A stretch of DNA of 62,458 bases from Barthelona sp. PAP020 (Eukaryota): the NCBI GenBank assembly GCA_040182905.1, contig JARQWU010000031.1, positions 1-62,458 of the forward strand, read 5' to 3'. Position numbers and translations under genes: made by a program. Below are positions 59,819-62,458 of this stretch, one piece after another (the stretch's first letter is position 1; the number at the start of each line of letters is the position of its first letter). Under the pieces are notes generated by a model. The model saw only the letters and a program-made list of their open reading frames with translations, had not been told where the DNA came from and ran no database searches.

Positions 59819-60031
59819 GTGAAAAAAAATGTGAATAAAAATTGGGAAGGTCAAATTTTTGTTGCAATTTTTTGAATCTTTTTTATCATTTATGCGTATT
59901 TTGGGAAAAAATGGAAATATGGGAGGCGAGTGTCGGTGATTAAAACAAAAAATTGGATTTGCGAAGTTTGTGGTTGTTGTTCAACCAGTTGTTTGCATGT
60001 TGATATTACTGTTTTTATATTGCGATCGAAT

Positions 60032-60685
60032 ATGTTGGGAAATCCACAGATTAAAATTGTCGTTACTGGAGACGGAACGGTAGGAAAGACATGTCTGTTG
60101 CACATGTACGCAACGAACAAGTTTCCAGAGAAAGTTCCTTTTGATTATTTCTTTAATACTAATTATTAGTATGATGCAACTATATTTGATAACTATGTCA
60201 CGAAAGTTCAAATTGATTCAGAAACGATTTATAAAGTATGTCTTTGGGATACTGCAGGGCAAGAATCTTTGGACAATCTGCGACCTTTGTCATATTCAGG
60301 GGCTCATGTGGTTTTGATATGCTTTGATGTTACCAATCCAAATTCTTTTCAGCATTTAAAGAGCAAATGGGCCGTTGAGGCCAAACATCATCTTCGAAAT
60401 GATGTTCCCATTGTTGTTGTGGGTACAAAGACGGATTTAAGGCATGACGAAACACGATTACAGGAATTGCAACGAAATGGTGAGACATATTTGACGCCTC
60501 AGGATGGATATAACATTGCAAAAGAAATTGGTGCTAAAACTTATGTAGAGTGTTCTGCTTTAAAATGTCATGGTGTAAAAGAAGTCTTTGATGAAGCCAT
60601 CACCGAGGGAATATTGTATCAACAAAATAGTCAAGCAAATGTTCCTTCACTAGGGTCAACAGGATCATGTTGCTTTATTTTATAA
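60032..60685 (+). CDS. Rho/Rac-family small GTPase; 2 exons (60032-60133, 60170-60685)
   Basis: GDGTVGKTCLL, FPEK|YDATIFDNY, WDTAGQE, LRPLSY, GTKTDLR, ECSAL, CaaX CFIL. Confidence 0.95.
60134..60169 (+). other. Spliceosomal intron, 36 nt, GTTCCT donor
   Basis: GTTCCTTTT...ACTAATTATTAG. It ends in an in-frame TAG if retained; removal gives a switch-I region of correct length. Confidence 0.88.
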
Positions 60686-60742
60686 ATATTAAATTACTTT
60701 TCAGATTTTTTTTCTTTCAAATGCATCCTTGATGCAACCCTA

Positions 60743-61504
60743 ATGGTGGTTGTTATACTTTCTTGTTGGATTTTACTTGGTTTTGTTTGTGGGATTGTTT
60801 TTTTTTATGGTGCCAAATATTATTTGAAGAGCAGCAGCGTGCCAGTCTTCCAAACATATCGAAGAATCAAGTTATTCTACATTTTGTTCCTTTGCGTGAT
60901 GTTCATACATATTTTCATGTTGATTTCTTCTGTTTTGTTTGATAGAATTTCATTTTTCAACAAATATTTGTATAATCCCATTATTTTTTGTGGCGTGTAT
61001 AATTGGATTATTATTATTACCATTTTTTACATGAACAGGCTCTCTTGTTTCAAACAAATTTTTTTCTCTTCTGCCATTTCTTTCATCATTTTTATTCCGG
61101 TTTATTTTTTTAATTTTATAAACCCATTTAACTCGTTGTATGTAGTACATCCATCTGATATCAATTATATGCTATTGGATTGGATTTTAGTCTTTTTTTT
61201 TTGCATTTGTTTGGCAGATGAAATCCTGATTTGTCTTTTTATTAAATTGGAAGATTCCAATATTAATATAAAGCACGTAAATAAAATTCAAAAATTCAAA
61301 ATTATCAATTTATGTTTGCTATTCCTTGTGCAATTGTTTTCTCTGTTCGTCAGATTTTATTTTGAGTACATCGAGACGTATATTGTTTTTTGCTCACTCT
61401 CTTTTTATCTTGTATCTTCAATTAATATATGGTTCTTTTCAATTTCAACACTCAGCAACATTTCCTCTCTCACAACACATCCAAGATTTTCAGCCAAGGT
61501 TTAA
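60743..61504 (+). CDS. Hypothetical multipass (~7 TM) membrane protein
   Basis: 253-aa ORF with about seven hydrophobic segments. Confidence 0.7.
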   Translation: MVVVILSCWILLGFVCGIVFFYGAKYYLKSSSVPVFQTYRRIKLFYILFLCVMFIHIFMLISSVLFDRISFFNKYLYNPIIFCGVYNWIIIITIFYMNRLSCFKQIFFSSAISFIIFIPVYFFNFINPFNSLYVVHPSDINYMLLDWILVFFFCICLADEILICLFIKLEDSNINIKHVNKIQKFKIINLCLLFLVQLFSLFVRFYFEYIETYIVFCSLSFYLVSSINIWFFSISTLSNISSLTTHPRFSAKV

Positions 61505-61514
61505 AATCATGAAC

Positions 61515-62018
61515 TCAGATAGTTGCATTTATTTTTTCCTGAAGGTCAACCAATTTAGGAGTTTCATCCAACAATGTTTTAATATTTGCTTCAGCTTGGT
61601 TAATTCCTTGTTGAAAATTAGCTTTTGTCACATTTTCTTTCATTTTTAAAAGCTGACACAACGTTTTAAATTTGTTCATCAATAAAATTTCTTCTTGAAT
61701 GTTTTCCATTTTTTGTTCCAAGTATTCATATTTTTCAATCAATTCATCTGTTTGACAAATGATTTCTTTTGTATTCACCTGAACATTGACAATTTTGTCT
61801 TCTAAATCGTTAAAAACAGTTGTGGTTTTATCAATATGTTTCAATTGATCTGTAAATAAATAAGAGCTGTCCTGTAAAAGTAATTCCAATGATTTTTCTG
61901 TCTTTTCTAACATCACTCGTAACATTGATTCAGAATGTTGTTGCTCCAACAATTCATCCATATTAACTTCTGAATTTAAGAAAGGTGCCAATTCACCATT
62001 TGTTAAAAACTCACTCAT
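61515..62018 (-). CDS. Hypothetical coiled-coil protein, weak COG5 N-terminal resemblance
   Basis: Probable start MSEFL at 62018; helical composition. Confidence 0.65.
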   Translation of the reverse strand: MSEFLTNGELAPFLNSEVNMDELLEQQHSESMLRVMLEKTEKSLELLLQDSSYLFTDQLKHIDKTTTVFNDLEDKIVNVQVNTKEIICQTDELIEKYEYLEQKMENIQEEILLMNKFKTLCQLLKMKENVTKANFQQGINQAEANIKTLLDETPKLVDLQEKINATI

Positions 62019-62405
62019 GATAATGAGAAGAAAAAAAAACAGGAATTCTTTTAAGTGTTTCTTTTTGATAATTAAACAAAAAGTAAAAGATATAAAATTC
62101 ATTTAAAGAATATGTTATCCAAATTAAATATTTCAAATTTCAGAAGATTAGAATTTTCTGAAAATTCTTCTTTCATTTGCTAAAGAACCAAAACAAAACA
62201 CTTCTTTGTTATTTTCCCCTTAAAAAAGGTGGAAATATTGAAAGATGTGTATTAATTTTGAACATCTCAAAACCTTTGTTAATTATACAAAAAATTGACT
62301 TCAACATAAATTAATAAAGATGTTGTGACAGTATTATCAGAAAAAAGAAGAAAATGTTCTCTTGAATGAATAATAGTTTTTTTGTTGCAAAAGTTGAGTT
62401 TAAAG

Positions 62406-62458
62406 ATGTTTACAGGTGACGATTTGACGAAATTGGTGAATTGTGTGGGTCTTGCTGT
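62406..62458 (+). CDS. Possible 5' end of a gene running off the window (MFTGDDLTKLVNCVGLA...)
   Basis: ATG after an AT-rich spacer, open to the window edge, GC rises; too short to be sure. Confidence 0.35.
   Translation, partial: MFTGDDLTKLVNCVGLA

Noticed and set aside
1..62458. tRNA, rRNA, telomeric repeats or intact transposase/reverse transcriptase genes
   Set aside because: No such motifs recognised by eye; tRNAscan-SE and Rfam were not run.

Overview
AT-rich, very gene-dense nuclear DNA from a unicellular eukaryote using the standard genetic code. A flagellated anaerobic protist such as a metamonad is my inference, from a tectonic gene, a bacterial-type Fe-alcohol dehydrogenase and tiny introns with the branch point fused to the 3' splice site. 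About 28 protein genes are supportable: ADA2-like, WDR4/Trm82, BRO1-domain, NTF2-like, BOP1, PP2A B'', HD hydrolase, Fe-ADH, long-chain acyl-CoA synthetase, ING-like PHD, PDI, divergent TBP, CTR9, a 6.9-kaa intronless surface protein, tectonic, PQ-loop, NEMF/Rqc2, RABL6-like, RPL7A, a Rho GTPase and several orphans. Five spliceosomal introns missed by the ORF track were reconstructed by hand. The most unusual items are: (i) a 235-nt RPL7A intron that looks like two short introns around a structured, stop-containing 132-nt cassette; (ii) a ~530-bp dispersed repeat whose three modules are reordered and inverted exactly at AATAA/TTATT pentamers; (iii) a protein built from ~10 stathmin-like repeats; (iv) the giant receptor-like protein. 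All family calls are from motif recognition by eye; no searches were run.
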